DNA of 63,435 nt, counting the filler, from Octopus bimaculoides (taxonomy: Eukaryota): the NCBI RefSeq assembly GCF_001194135.2. It is 8 parts of 7 records of this genome, joined end to end, with 100 filler letters (N's around TTAATTAATTAA, not from the genome) between each part and the next. Parts side by side here need not be neighbours in the genome. Positions count along the whole stretch, not along the records: positions 29,382 to 36,502 come from NC_069004.1; positions 36,603 to 45,561 come from NC_069002.1; positions 45,662 to 58,846 come from NC_068986.1; 5 more parts are not named here. One strand, written 5' to 3'. Shown in pieces: positions 35,901 through 47,972 of this stretch; the stretch's first letter is position 1; every line of letters begins with the position of its first letter. The notes beneath the pieces are model-generated. The model had not been told where the DNA came from. It was given only the letters and a program-made list of their open reading frames with translations, and ran no database searches. A program made the translations under genes and the position numbers.

Positions 35901-36149
35901 AATGTTGAACAAGTCGTCACCGATGATATTTATAGAGTTTCTGAAAAACTAAACAGAAAAATAGGGCAAAATTTGACTGTAAGTGATTCGATCTCTACTG
36001 TAAATGAATATAATGAGGCTCCTACTGTAGAATATGACTTTACACCAAATATTAATCAGTTTCGAAAGCGAAAATGTTTGAAGAAAATTCCCGTTAATAT
36101 GAAGGACGAGCAAGACATTTTGAAGAGTTATTTGTGTGTGATTTCATAG
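32967..36149 (+). CDS. Intronless GAF-GAF class I cyclic-nucleotide phosphodiesterase, PDE5/6/11 family, with C-terminal CaaX
   Basis: Uninterrupted 1060-aa ORF; in-frame stop 42 nt upstream. N-terminal VEKFLEENPEF; GAF-A (SILCMPILN..VMGV); GAF-B. Catalytic YHNWRH (H516/H520), HD (H556/D557), LEHYH, ATDL, AADLSA (D667), invariant Q719. Ends CVIS*. Exact orthology (PDE5, 6 or 11) not resolved. Confidence 0.95.
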   Translation: MVDPICADDVEKFLEENPEFTKNWISKHNANTSEEKVVVVPSLRHSFIDCVKMIISRNSSIGVNKNTVLTVKDTYREIMKELASELNEDKLCYAVLQNTCILIQSNSASIYLARGTGKTRYLISKYVDVTATSDRNETLHSEPNIIRIPFGEGILGYVAESKRSLNIKDVTRPHHSLSDDKSIGLQVQSILCMPILNKYDNVMGVVNVQNSKENANFSLEDEALFENLLSVCGISIENAHLFQVCLEEFKRHQLLLKLANCILKEQNNLPKLISQILHHAMALIDSSNISIYLTDSNKETVGPNINSKVFQLLKEEKEAKEVTIDRKFIKPVENNLKSENVFDVFNLKFSSEISFPNLKDSEMWLLGMPIKDSTGNTIGCIMFVRDSVDDFSENDIKMMKAFTTYCGLSIFNCRLYESSVKLLSRAKIIDDVIAYNKTCDQKTIDRYLSMEMKSSEHYQIYNFHFDDSLYTDDDTVLICARLLLKLDVVNVLNISMAYLYRFIVTVKDSYRPVTYHNWRHVLNVTQSMFCMLTTGKLETYFTKFQMICLLIACLLHDLEHRGQNNSFQVRIASSLATLYSTSILEHYHISRNMMILNKSGTNIFKNLPVEKYREGFRLIEKAIFATDLKNHFENRSIFRHEIESDHRTFDSLESIDLLIGMVMTAADLSAATKPWEIQRKTAIKVISEYFEQGELDKALKSQVLSLVDREKKCEITRAQVDFIDFVCMPIYKLLVKLETCLRPLYDGCIANGTHWRLIAADKEKFNIDEELIVASHQRLRVDQPKQHQEFRSSSMDIQTRNNKILEPILDKFRSPIALNLITEHNSSVWCHSEPSLIPKLKKLTMLKSPISACPWQESIVKFTMAVPHKKVEMKEKSCQTDMSVVKLHTRNTVQIYNSKGKITSEGPMKVSLPVKTTYSATVHSDINEFATNKHSNSNATSMQHQNYIPTLALSPNSLRTSIDVKTFIKHTDSTHLFDNVEQVVTDDIYRVSEKLNRKIGQNLTVSDSISTVNEYNEAPTVEYDFTPNINQFRKRKCLKKIPVNMKDEQDILKSYLCVIS

Positions 36150-36208
36150 TGTTTCTTGTTAACGTGGTTTGCTTAAAATGTTTCTTGTTGGATTTGTACA
36201 GAGAGTAG

Positions 36209-36248
<40 letters not shown>

Positions 36249-36319
36249 CATATCTCTTTATGTATGAATATGTATTATAGAGATCGTGCCACAACGTAGA
36301 TGTTGTTTTCTCATTGGAT

Positions 36320-36325
36320 AATAAA
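36320..36325 (+). terminator. Candidate polyadenylation signal of the PDE gene
   Basis: AATAAA ~170 nt after the stop; AT-rich context, motif only. Confidence 0.3.
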
Positions 36326-36602
36326 TAGATAATAAGCAGACGACCAGCAATCGATTTAACTTTCTAAAGATATTTGTGTTACTCTTTAATTAATAGTTAT
36401 TTTCAGCCGAATCGATAAATCATACCGAGATTTTCTTACCGAGAAATCACCGGGTCTTGACTCGAAGAATTCATCAATCCCTCGCAGACTGTTAAAGGTG
36501 ACNNNNNNNNNNNNNNNNNNNNNNNNNNNNNNNNNNNNNNNNNNNNTTAATTAATTAANNNNNNNNNNNNNNNNNNNNNNNNNNNNNNNNNNNNNNNNNN
36601 NN

Positions 36603-36634
<32 letters not shown>

Positions 36635-37520
36635 CATACGTATGTATGTTTATCACACTATCAAAGATAATGTTTATATATTTTCACATTCTTCTCCAAC
36701 TCTATGAAAATTTCTATATAAAAAGAAAATAAATTTCGTATTAACTAAATCTATATTTGTTTGTTTTGTATTTATTTATTTATTTGTTTATTTATTTATT
36801 TTAACTTCAGGTACAACAATCATCTAGAATCTTTGATTCCAAATACTTTTTGGTCTTTATCTTTTACCTGTTTCAGTCATTAGACTGCGACCATGCTGGG
36901 GCACCGCCTTGAAGGGTTTTTATTCAAATGGATCAACCCCAGTACTTACTTTTTAAGCCTTGTATTTACTTTATCAATCTCTTTTGTTGAACTGCTAAGT
37001 TACAGGGATGTAAACACACCAACACCGGCTGTCAAGTGATGGTGGTGGGGGGACAAAAACAGCCACACACACAGATATCATCATCATCATCATCGTTTAA
37101 CGTCCGCTTTCCATGCTGGCATGGGTATATATATACATAAATATACGATGGGCTTCTTTCAGTTTCCATCTACACTCGCAAGGCGTTGGTCAGCCCAAGG
37201 CTATAGTAGAAGACACTTGTCCAAGGTGCCACACANNNNNNNNNNTGTATGTGTATGTGTGTATGTGTATGTGTATGTGTGTCTGTGCTAAGTGGTCATT
37301 GATCTCTGGTCTTTATCCTCCATTCTATATGAATAAAAGACCAACCAATATTATCAGAAGGAGCTCCTTATAACTGGAGCAACACATTAACATACATCTC
37401 TACCTGTTGCATATCAGTCTTTCTGCAAAGAAAACCATGCTTTCTCATTCTCATAGACATATCCTCATATGTATATACACATTATACACAAATATATGCA
37501 TTCCCAAATAAACATGTGTA

Positions 37521-37560
<40 letters not shown>

Positions 37561-37889
37561 CACACACACACACACACATTTGATCAGATTCCAGAGAGAC
37601 AAGTGTTGGTTATGTCTGGAAAATTCACTGTGAGACAAATTCACCATGACAATGATAAAGCTTATTATATCAGCATTTTTTTTAATAAAAAAAAAAGTGA
37701 TAAAAGATTTTATAAAGGTATTAAGTAAACATGTCTTTATTCAACATCAAACATTAAAAAAAAAGTGATGAGGTCATTTAAAATGAAATTTCTTATGGTG
37801 AATTCTTTTCTGTGGCAAAAATGTTTGTGGCAAAATTTCCTATAAGCAGTGTTGGCCTGTGTAGGAAATATTTTGTATTATGTAATGAA

Positions 37890-38430
37890 ATCAACAAAAA
37901 GAAAGAGTACAACGAATTTGCTGTGAGGAGAGTGGAAAATCTAATGTTTCGGACACAAGAGTCCTTCTTCAGGAAAAAAGTTGATAGGAGAGAAATTAAA
38001 GAGAGGCAGCAGAATTTTACTTCTTTTAGGTTAGAAAATTGGCTGCAACTGATGAGGATTACAGGGCCACAGGAGCTTCAAATGTTAACAGGAAGTTCTT
38101 AGTTTATCAAACCTTTCCATATCCTTCAACTCCCCACTCACCTAATTTTTATCCCTTCACCTCAATTTTGCCTTCATCTACTTCTCATCCTCCCACTCAG
38201 TTCCTCTTTCTTTCTCCCACTCTCAGCCAGTCTCTCTCCTTCTACTTCTGGTTTGCACATGAAGCTCTTGTGGCCCTGCATTCCCTAACAGTTGCAACTA
38301 GTTCTTCTAACTTATTTGAAATAAAACTCTACTGTTCCTCATTCGTTTCTTTCGTGTCAACTTTTCCCTGAAGAGGGACACTGTTTAAAATGGTGAGTTT
38401 TCTGCTCCTCACAGCAAGTTCACTGTCCTC
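37890..38430. mobile_element. Inverted pair of Penelope-like terminal repeats with decayed hammerhead cores
   Basis: ~37890-38090(-) and ~38255-38430(+) share GAAGCTC.TGTGGCCCTG, TCAACTTTT..CCTGAAGA.GGGAC and CTCCTCACAGCAA. The minus copy reads CUGAAGA-A-GGAC(UCUUGU)GUCC-GAAAC-AUU. Confidence 0.65.
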
Positions 38431-38840
38431 TTTCTGTCAAAAATTATATATATATACATATATATATATTTATACTTTATTTAAAAGCAGCAGAAATATA
38501 ACAAAAGATTGTTACTCNNNNNNNNNNNNNNNNNNNNNNNNNNNNNNNNNNNNNNNNNNNNNNNNNNNNNNNNNNNNNNNNNNNNNNNNNNNNNNNNNNN
38601 NNNNNNNNNNNNNNNNNNNNNNNNNNNNNNNNNNNNNNNNNNNNNNNNNNNNNNNNNNNNNNNNNNNNNNNNNNNNNNNNNNNNNNNNNNNNNNNNNNNN
38701 NNNNNNNNNNNNNNNNNATATACATGCATACATACATAGGCAAACACGTATTTGCAAGTGAATATATATATATTTATATGTATATATATATAAACATACA
38801 CAAGTCTACATGTGTGTGTATATATAAACATGTATGTATG

Positions 38841-38879
<39 letters not shown>

Positions 38880-39191
38880 TATCCTCAAGCACGCATAGAT
38901 ATGTATATACATGTACCCAAACAATGACACACTTACATATGCATATGTATATACACATATATATATGTATATGAGTGCACATATATGTGTGTGTGTGAGT
39001 GTATAGTTGTTTGACTAAATGACTGGAAACATTGTGTACTAACACAGAAAAGAAAATAATTGGGAAAATCTGTTAATTAAAAAAATAGATTTTCTTGTTT
39101 GTTTGGTATTTTTTTTTAAAATTTTTATTTTGTTTCACCAACCATAATGAAATGTTAAACATTTATTATACACACCACACACACACATCTG

Positions 39192-39238
<47 letters not shown>

Positions 39239-40320
39239 NNNNNNNNNNNNNNNNNNNNNNNNNNNNNNNNNNNNNNNNNNNNNNNNNNNNNNNNNNNNNN
39301 NNNNNNNNNNNNNNNNNNNNNNNNNNNNNNNNNNNNNNNNNNNNNNNNNNNNNNNNNNNNNNNNNNNNNNNNNNNNNNNNNNNNNNNNNNNNNNNNNNNN
39401 NNNNNNNNNNNNNNNNNNNNNNNNNNNNNNNNNNNNNNNNNNNNNNNNNNNNNNNNNNNNNNNNNNNNNNNNNNNNNNNNNNNNNNNNNNNNNNNNNNNN
39501 NNNNNNNNNNNNNNNNNNNNNNNNNNNNNNNNNNNNNNNNNNNNNNNNNNNNNNNNNNNNNNNNNNNNNNNNNNNNNNNNNNNNNNNNNNNNNNNNNNNN
39601 NNNNNNNNNNNNNNNNNNNNNNNNNNNNNNNNNNNNNNNNNNNNNNNNNNNNNNNNNNNNNNNNNNNNNNNNNNNNNNNNNNNNNNNNNNNNNNNNNNNN
39701 NNNNNNNNNNNNNNNNNNNNNNNNNNNNNNNNNNNNNNNNNNNNNNNNNNNNNNNNNNNNNNCATCGTTTAACGTCCGCTTTCCATGCTGGCATGGGTAT
39801 ATATATACATAAATATACGATGGGCTTCTTTCAGTTTCCATCTACACTCGCAAGGCGTTGGTCAGCCCAAGGCTATAGTAGAAGACACTTGTCCAAGGTG
39901 CCACACAGTTGGTCTGAACTTAGGACCATATGGTTGGGAAGCAAGCTTCTTACCATATTTTTCTGGACCAGGGATGGTCACCTGGGTCGACTTACTCTTA
40001 ATTAAACAAATATTAAATTTGCATTATCTACATTATTTAAATTCAACGGATATTTGTCCTCATCTTGTTAGGGACGATTAATGAAACACCCATGTTTCCA
40101 GAGGTGAATTATTCAAACCCCAACAGAATTCCTCTCAACACATGGCTATGATGCTCCCCCACTACTTCTGCTCGTGATCAGAGATGCACATATCGCCAGC
40201 CACCAAGGGACATGCTCAACTGGTTAAAGTCAAACAAATGACAAGCAAATCTGTGGTATTGAGCAGAATATTTGCTGTAGCCCATCTTTTGTACCAAAAC
40301 AAAACATATACATGATGATG

Positions 40321-40352
<32 letters not shown>

Positions 40353-40719
40353 ATATTGCTGTTTTATCCCAAATATTGATGTTGTTGTTTGTTTTTTTTT
40401 TGTTTTCTGTAACAAGTGATCGCCAGATTGACTTCCTATCTCAAACTTAAACAGTTTTATCTTAATGNNNNNNNNNNNNNNNNNNNNNNNNNNNNNNNNN
40501 NNNNNNNNNNNNNNNNNNNNNNNNNNNNNNNNNNNNNNNNNNNNNNNNNNNNNNNNNNNNNNNNNNNNNNNNNNNNNNNNNNNNNNNNNNNNNNNNNNNN
40601 NNNNNNNNNNNNNNNNNNNNNNNNNNNNNNNNNNNNNNNNNNNNNNNNNNNNNNNNNNNNNNNNNNNNNNNNNNNNNNNNNNNNNNNNNNNNNNNNNNNN
40701 NNNNNNNNNNNNNNNNNNN

Positions 40720-40985
40720 TCTTCTCATTTGCCATCATCACCGCCACCACCACCACCGACACCACCACCACCAACATCACAACCACAAACACCACCACCA
40801 CCACCACCACCATCTCCATCACTATCATCACCAGCATTGTCATCACCACCAACATCATCATCATCGTCGTCGTCGTCGTTGTTATCATCATCACCATCAT
40901 CATCTTCGCCACCAGCATCCCCCATCACCAGCATCACCACGAACCGACTCCATCGTTATCCTCTCATCATTATCTTCATCTCTGT
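40720..40985. repeat. (CAC)n/(CAT)n trinucleotide array
   Basis: Directly visible. Confidence 0.9.
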
Positions 40986-42802
40986 TTATTTGCAAAACGT
41001 GTGTGTTTGTGTATGTATGTGTATGCGTATATGTATGTGTGTGTGTGCGCGCGCATGTGTTTGTGTGCGTGCTCGCGTGTATCGCTATATATATAGAGAG
41101 ATCTCGAATCACATACGCACACACATATCTGTATTCATACACCTAAACACACACACACTTAGGATCTTGTCATATTTCTTCCAGTCACTTCAAGTTTTTC
41201 AAATTTTCACCAAAATATTTTGAAAAAAAATGTAGTTCTTATGCAGTTCTTCATGCTGATGACAACACGAAAATTGCAGCAAGACTGCGTGATACTGTCA
41301 GACGTAGCATGCAGACCATCATAAGACTTGTTTAGCATTGCGTTTTTTATTCTTCACTTTTGTTTCTGGTTTGCAAGATTCTTTATGTGAATTCGTGTGT
41401 TGAAACAAATTTTGTTGCGTCTGGGGAGTATAATTATGCCTATATTATTAACACACCAACTGGTTTAATTCTACTCTTATATTATTAGTCAGCTGGTTAA
41501 AATCCAAATAACTGATCGATTGTTAATCATTGAAAAGGTTGCATGAAGCAACGAAAGAGCTTTGACAAACAAAAACAAAACAAATTAAACAATCGATTCG
41601 TTATTTAACCAGTTGACTAATAATTTCAAATTTTGACACAAGGCCAGTAATTTCGGGGGAGGGACAAGTCGATCACATAAACCCCAGTGTTCAACTGGTA
41701 CTTACTTTATTGACCCCGATAAGGATGAAAGGCAAAGTTTACCTCGACGGAATCTGAACTCAGAACGTGGAGACGGACGAAATGCCGCTAACCATTTCAC
41801 CCAGCATGCTAACGATTCTGCCAACTCGTTTGCCTTGACACCAACTGGAGTGGAATTGAACCAGTGCATGTGTTAATTATATTGACATAATGACACCCCC
41901 TAGACACAACAAATATTTTTTTTCTTCTCTTCCGTTTTATTTTGACATGCGCATTTCACTTTTATTCTTCTCTTCCGTTTTATGAATTCAGTGTGCTCAT
42001 GTGCATTGCCTGTTCGTACTTCTCTTTCCGGCCCCTACTCAAAACTGTTTACAGATCACAACCATCTCACGAATCTACGGTTATAAGGAGCATTTCGCGC
42101 TCCGACGTTTGTGAAAAAGTCGCATTCGTTTTCTAAAAATTAATAATAAAAAAAGTTACAAGCATTCAGTCTTATATCATTTTAGCCTATCGAAAATCTC
42201 AACTGATATTTTACAGCAGTTATAATGAAGCATATGTAACCAACAACGGCCAGAGCTGAATTATCCAAACGATGGATGAACCACCAGAATCCGTGATGTG
42301 TTTATTTAGTCCTCTGTATAATTTAGCTGAGGAATAAAGTCACGCTGTTATTTTAAATTTTGTTTCTTGTATTATTTCCACGAGTTAACACGCAACACAT
42401 GCTATATAATGGTATACAAGATGCCGTAGTAAACCAAGAGAGACTTTACAACAACCACACAGCTAAAACACCATAACGTTTTTAAAAAGACACCGTATTG
42501 TGCTATAGCAGCGTTTATTTTCTCGCTTGAGGCAATCCCGCTTGCTAAGTAATTATTGATAAAATTTAAATTAAAGTCAATTTCCATGGATGTGAACTTT
42601 TGTCGAACTCACGACTCTTCAAACACTTTCTGAGCCCCGCAGATCGATATTAAATGTACACGGTGATCCAAAAGTCACGCACAAAATAAGTTCAGTTCGC
42701 TCCGAAATCGGTAATTAAAATGCTTCAATTTTTCTAAATTTAATTAAAATGAATTAAATAATGATGGATACATACGTATTTGTATAAGATGAACAAAGTG
42801 AA

Positions 42803-42838
<36 letters not shown>

Positions 42839-44486
42839 TTAATAATAATAATAATAATAATAATAGACACAGGCTCTCTTTGTGGTAAGAAGCTTGCATA
42901 GATAAGCTGCCACGAAGAGTAAGTAGATCGTGAACTATTTTCAAGTGCAAACTGATAAATAATTGAAAGTAGTGATTTGTCCTCTGGCATAAATACATTA
43001 TGATTCGTAAGTAGCCTCGAAGCAAACACATTATTCCACAAGCTTTTATAAATTTCATTTATTTTCACACAACTACATGTATACATAATCATTTAATATC
43101 TATGGACACATAGATATTAACAGCCACACATCAACAGCCGCATATACATACACACACGTACGTATAGGTATAGTAAAGGTCACAAAGAGTAAAACATGGA
43201 CTATTTTCAAGAGCAAACTGTTAAGTAATTTAAAGTGGAGCTTGTCCTGTGGCATAAATACGTCTTTTTTTTTTTTTTTCCTTTATAGCCTTTATATATC
43301 TTATTTATTTTCAGCTTTTTCAGTAATAAATGTCATGATTTGCTACAAAAGTTGGTGTTTACTTTGATATTTTTTTCGAATATCTTTCAAATTATCCTAA
43401 TTCCAGAAAACATTATCTACTCGTATCTGGATATGTTTTAAGGATATAAAGCAATGATACAACCAGAAATGCAGGTTGTAACTATGCTCGGGGCTTCTTG
43501 TCTCCTGCTGCAGACAGTTATCACCGTCTCATGTTGCTTTCTCTTTTGGGGTTCTGTATACTACAGAAGGCCCTACCTCTTCTAGACATTTTTCGATTGA
43601 TGCACTTGTGAACAATGGTTCGCTTTTGCGAACAAAATCTTCAGACAACGAACATGGGCTTTTCTCTCGAAAGAACGTGAAGTCCATTGCTTTAAGAGAT
43701 GCGTGAAGGACTCCAACACTATATCAAACTATTCCATGGGCCGAGACCTTTACTATGAAAATATCCCGAATGGCGATCTTTTCTTCTTGTGATAACATTT
43801 GGAAGTACAAACATTTGGAAGTACAAATTTAAGCCTAAATTGACCAAGCCGCAAAATAGTTTGACCAGTGCTATCGGTATTACTGTAGCATTCACATTCA
43901 CGGTTCTTTTAGTCTCCTTTAAGAAAAAAAAAAACTACCGTTAACCCTTTGAGTACGAAGTATTACAGAAACTACTTTTTACACCAGTTCAATGGACTGA
44001 AAAACATGTCCACCAAGCTTAAAGGAAGACTTCTCCTACCTTCTTTTATAACATCATTTCTTTCAATATATCTTCCACATCTTTCGATGGCTCTTCAGTG
44101 ACCTTGTATTCTTAGAAACTGCGCCCTCATATATCGTTTTCTTGTTTTTTTTTTTTCTTAGTTATCTCCCTCATAAAATCCTTTTGAGATCTGTAGTCGT
44201 ATATCTCTTTTGACGTATGCCTCTGCTTCCGATTTCCCATACAACTCTATCTTGGTTTTACATTTTATAGAGGGGAAACTACTTTTTATGCAAATGTAAT
44301 TTTCGTTTCCTTCGCTGCCATCTTTATCATTTGCTTTATTTATTTATTTATCGATTTATTTGTTTATTTATTTCTTTTGATAAATGCTGATGCTGTCTTT
44401 GTTGCTATTGCTGCAGGTCAGTCTTGCTGAAAATACTAATGATAATGTTGTTGTTGTTATCAATATAATATATATGCGTGTGTATG

Positions 44487-44539
<53 letters not shown>

Positions 44540-44543
44540 GGAG

Positions 44544-44588
<45 letters not shown>

Positions 44589-44638
44589 AAACTCTCTCCA
44601 CCCTCTTTCTGTGTGTGAGTGGGTGTATATATATACAT

Positions 44639-44687
<49 letters not shown>

Positions 44688-44824
44688 GGGAGAGAGAGAG
44701 AGAGAAATTTATATATAAGCTTATATATGTATATATGTGTACATACACACTAACACAGGCACACACACATGTATGTATGCATGCATATGCATGTATGTAT
44801 ATATGTGTATATGTGTGTGTATAT

Positions 44825-44864
<40 letters not shown>

Positions 44865-45480
44865 CGCAGTTTTGTGTTATTACCATCTTGTAAAAAAAGT
44901 CACCGCTACTCGCGTTTTAGAAATCTTCCTTCCACTGTCAACCACCGCAGCAATGCGCAAAAACAAGAATTGCTGCCAAGAAGACAAGAAAGAAACAACA
45001 AATGCCTTCTCCTAAATGAGCAAGAAATACCAACAACAATAAAATAGACGTAAAATAACGAAAAACAAAAACACACTAGCAATATAACTGCAAATATAAG
45101 TTGCAATAGCAAAACAAAAAAAACAACTAGCAATTGGAAGGCGTATAAAACATGGATGAAATAATATGGTGTCGTCGTTTAGTAAGTACTGGTTTCTGAT
45201 TGGATAATGAGAGGGAGAGACGAAGAAGACTGATAATTGGGATGATGACGTTTCACCTTGGAGCATGGGCGAATACTTTCCGTGTTATTTTAGGTTTTGG
45301 TTTGTATGTATGTTATTTTGTTGTTTATTGTTTATTGCGAAGTAATGAAAATGTAAATGGAGAGATGAGAAGCGAACGATACATCCATAGCACATAAAAT
45401 ATTCTCTGTCTGTGTATGTATGTGTGTGAGTGTGTAGATACATAGACAGAGACAGATAGACAAACAGACAGACAGACAGG

Positions 45481-45523
<43 letters not shown>

Positions 45524-45962
45524 GTAGGTAGGTAGGTAGGTAGGTAGGTAGGTAGATAGATNNNNNNNNNNNNNNNNNNNNNNNNNNNNNNNNNNNNNNN
45601 NNNNNTTAATTAATTAANNNNNNNNNNNNNNNNNNNNNNNNNNNNNNNNNNNNNNNNNNNNGGGGGTAGATGGTTTTGCTATTAGCTTCTATCATCATAA
45701 GCAACAACCTTTGAGGTGACAGAGCATGTTTGAGGTGGTGGGCGTGGTAGGCAGCAAGAAATTGAAAGAAATGTTATGGCACCAGAAATGAAAAATGATC
45801 CCAGCAGTGACTTATCTCCTACTTGTTTCTATACCTACACCACACACACACACACACACATCACATAACCCCACTCCTGCTAAAAAAAAGCACATATACA
45901 CACAGTGATAACTATGTATCTATCTTACAACATTACATATATACATATATACACACACACAC

Positions 45963-46022
<60 letters not shown>

Positions 46023-46524
46023 AACAGACCTACAATCTACATGTTCAGATGGATGGGTAGATGGAGGGATGGACAGATGGATATGAATGTGTGTATGTGT
46101 GCTTGTGTGTCTGTGTGTTTGTCATATAGTCCTTCCGTGTTAGCGGTTTTTAGTTACTTTCAATGGAAATTAATTTGCTGCTGAGAAAATAGCAGAAGTG
46201 AAACAGTTTATTTGGGTCATTCATTGTTAGGAGAGGCATTCCAAAGGTATTATAAATAAACCACACAGATATTTAATGGTGGAGAAATATGGCTGCTTCA
46301 TAATATGACACGACTGATTACATGCATACACACACACACGTGCATACATACATTCATTCATACATAGACATACACACATACATACATACATACATACATA
46401 CATACATACACATGCACACACACATACATGGAGTAAAATAAATTCATTAATTTTAAGAGTGTTTGCTAGTAATATGAGTATATGTGTTTATGTATGTGTA
46501 TATCACCACCATCATTAGCATCAT

Positions 46525-47760
46525 CATGATTTAACGTCTGTTTTCCATGTTGGCATGGGTTGGATGGTTAGACAGGAGCTGGTGAAGCCAGAGGGTTGCA
46601 CCAGGTTCCATTGTCTGTTCTGGCTTGGTTTCTACAGCTCGATGCCCTTTCTAATGCCAACCACATTACAGAGTATACTTGGTGCTTTTTATGTACAACC
46701 AGCACTGGTATCAATTTTGCTGTGCTGTGTTCTAGAGAATAGCAAGATGCCAGACATCTCAGTCCTTTGCAATCTCCTTCCTAACGCACAGTGTCTTGAC
46801 ATCAGCCTTCAACACTTTGTCTCATGTCTTCCTAGGTCTCCCTCTTCTGCAAGCCCCATCCGCTTTAAGTGATCAGCACTTCTGTATGCAACTGTCTACA
46901 GGCGTAGGAGTGGCTGTGTGGTAAGTAGCTTGCTTACCAACCACATGGTTCTGGGTTCAGTCCCATTGCGTGGCACCTTGGGTAAGTGTCTTCTACTATA
47001 GCCTCGGGCTGACCAAAGCCTTGTGAGTGGATTTAGTAGACGGAAACTGAAAGAAGCCTGTCGTATATATGTATATATATATATGTGTGTGTGTATATGT
47101 TTGTGTGTCTGTGTTTGTCCCCCCAACATCGCTTGACAACCGATGGTGGTGTGTTTACGTCCCCGTAACTTAGTGGTTCGGCAAAAGAGACTGATAGAAT
47201 AAGTACTAGGCATCCAAAGAATAAGTCCTGGGGTCGATTTGCTCAACTAAAGGCGGTGCTCCAGCATGGCCATAGTCAAATGACTGAAACAAGTAAAAGA
47301 GTAAAAAAGAGTAAAGAGTAGCCATAAGCATCACACGACCAAACCAGAGCAGTTTTTTCTCTTGCACACAGCATCTAATTCTTATGCCCAACTTTTCTCT
47401 CAATACATTAACGCTTTGTCACACATGTAGACTAACATTGCACTTCCAGAGAAGCATAGTAGCTTCATTCCTCTCTAGTCTTCAATTGTCTTCTACATTC
47501 AGGGCCCATGTCTCATAACCATGGAGCATTATTGCTTGTATACATGCATCATACAATCTTCCTTTCATTCGGAGAGACATTTGGTTGCCAACAGAGATAA
47601 AAAAACAACTCCCTGAATTTTCTCCATCCTATTCTTATTCTAGCAATTACACTTTCCATGCATTCCAACCCACCTCCCACCCAATTAGGTCTCCTAGATT
47701 GCAGAAATTACTCACTACCTCTGAAGAGCTTCCGAGGCATTTGAGAAAATTGATTTCCTG
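46525..47760 (-). mobile_element. RTE-clade LINE 3' portion interrupted by a SINE
   Basis: Minus translation includes EVVSNFCNLGDL, REKLGIRIRCCVQEKKLLWFGRVML, and DSCIQKC..GACRRGRPRKT. 3' tail at 46525. SINE inserted at 46901-47320. Confidence 0.85.
46901..47320 (+). mobile_element. Full-length tRNA-derived SINE nested in the RTE LINE
   Basis: GGCGTAGGAGTGGCTGTGTGG head, GGTTCAGTCCC B box, internal (TA)(TG), (GTAAAAGA)n tail. Confidence 0.9.
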
Positions 47761-47911
47761 AGTATCTGTAGTTTTATGGCTGAGTGCATCTTCTATGCAC
47801 AAACATTACCTCTGATGATCTCTCTATTATTTCACTGTACCTCGTGTGTCCATAGCATGCACTCTCTCTCTCTCTCCCTCTCTCTCTCCCTCTCTCTCTC
47901 TNNNNNNNNNN

Positions 47912-47972
<61 letters not shown>

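Noticed and set aside
36407-36497. Possible + exon RIDKSYRDFLTEKSPGLDSKNSSIPRRLLK after the PDE stop
   Set aside because: Weak donor next to a gap, no homology, and it lies beyond the PDE stop codon.
38221-38290. FWFAHEALVALHSL as the missing TMED2 transmembrane exon
   Set aside because: Lacks the NTNSRVV and YYLKRFFE motifs and belongs to the inverted Penelope-type repeat.
42402-42587. Minus-strand 61-aa ORF MEIDFNLNFINNYLASG... and a nearby acceptor at ~42137
   Set aside because: No recognisable homology; possible splice products end within ~25 codons.
43400-43910. Short hydrophobic ORF (MIQPEMQVV...YYRRPYLF) and other open stretches
   Set aside because: No consistent frame or family motif; probably an old unclassified TE remnant.
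44384-44416. Signal-peptide-like MLMLSLLLLLQ followed by GTCAGT
   Set aside because: Low-complexity (GCT/GTT) context and no compatible downstream exon found.
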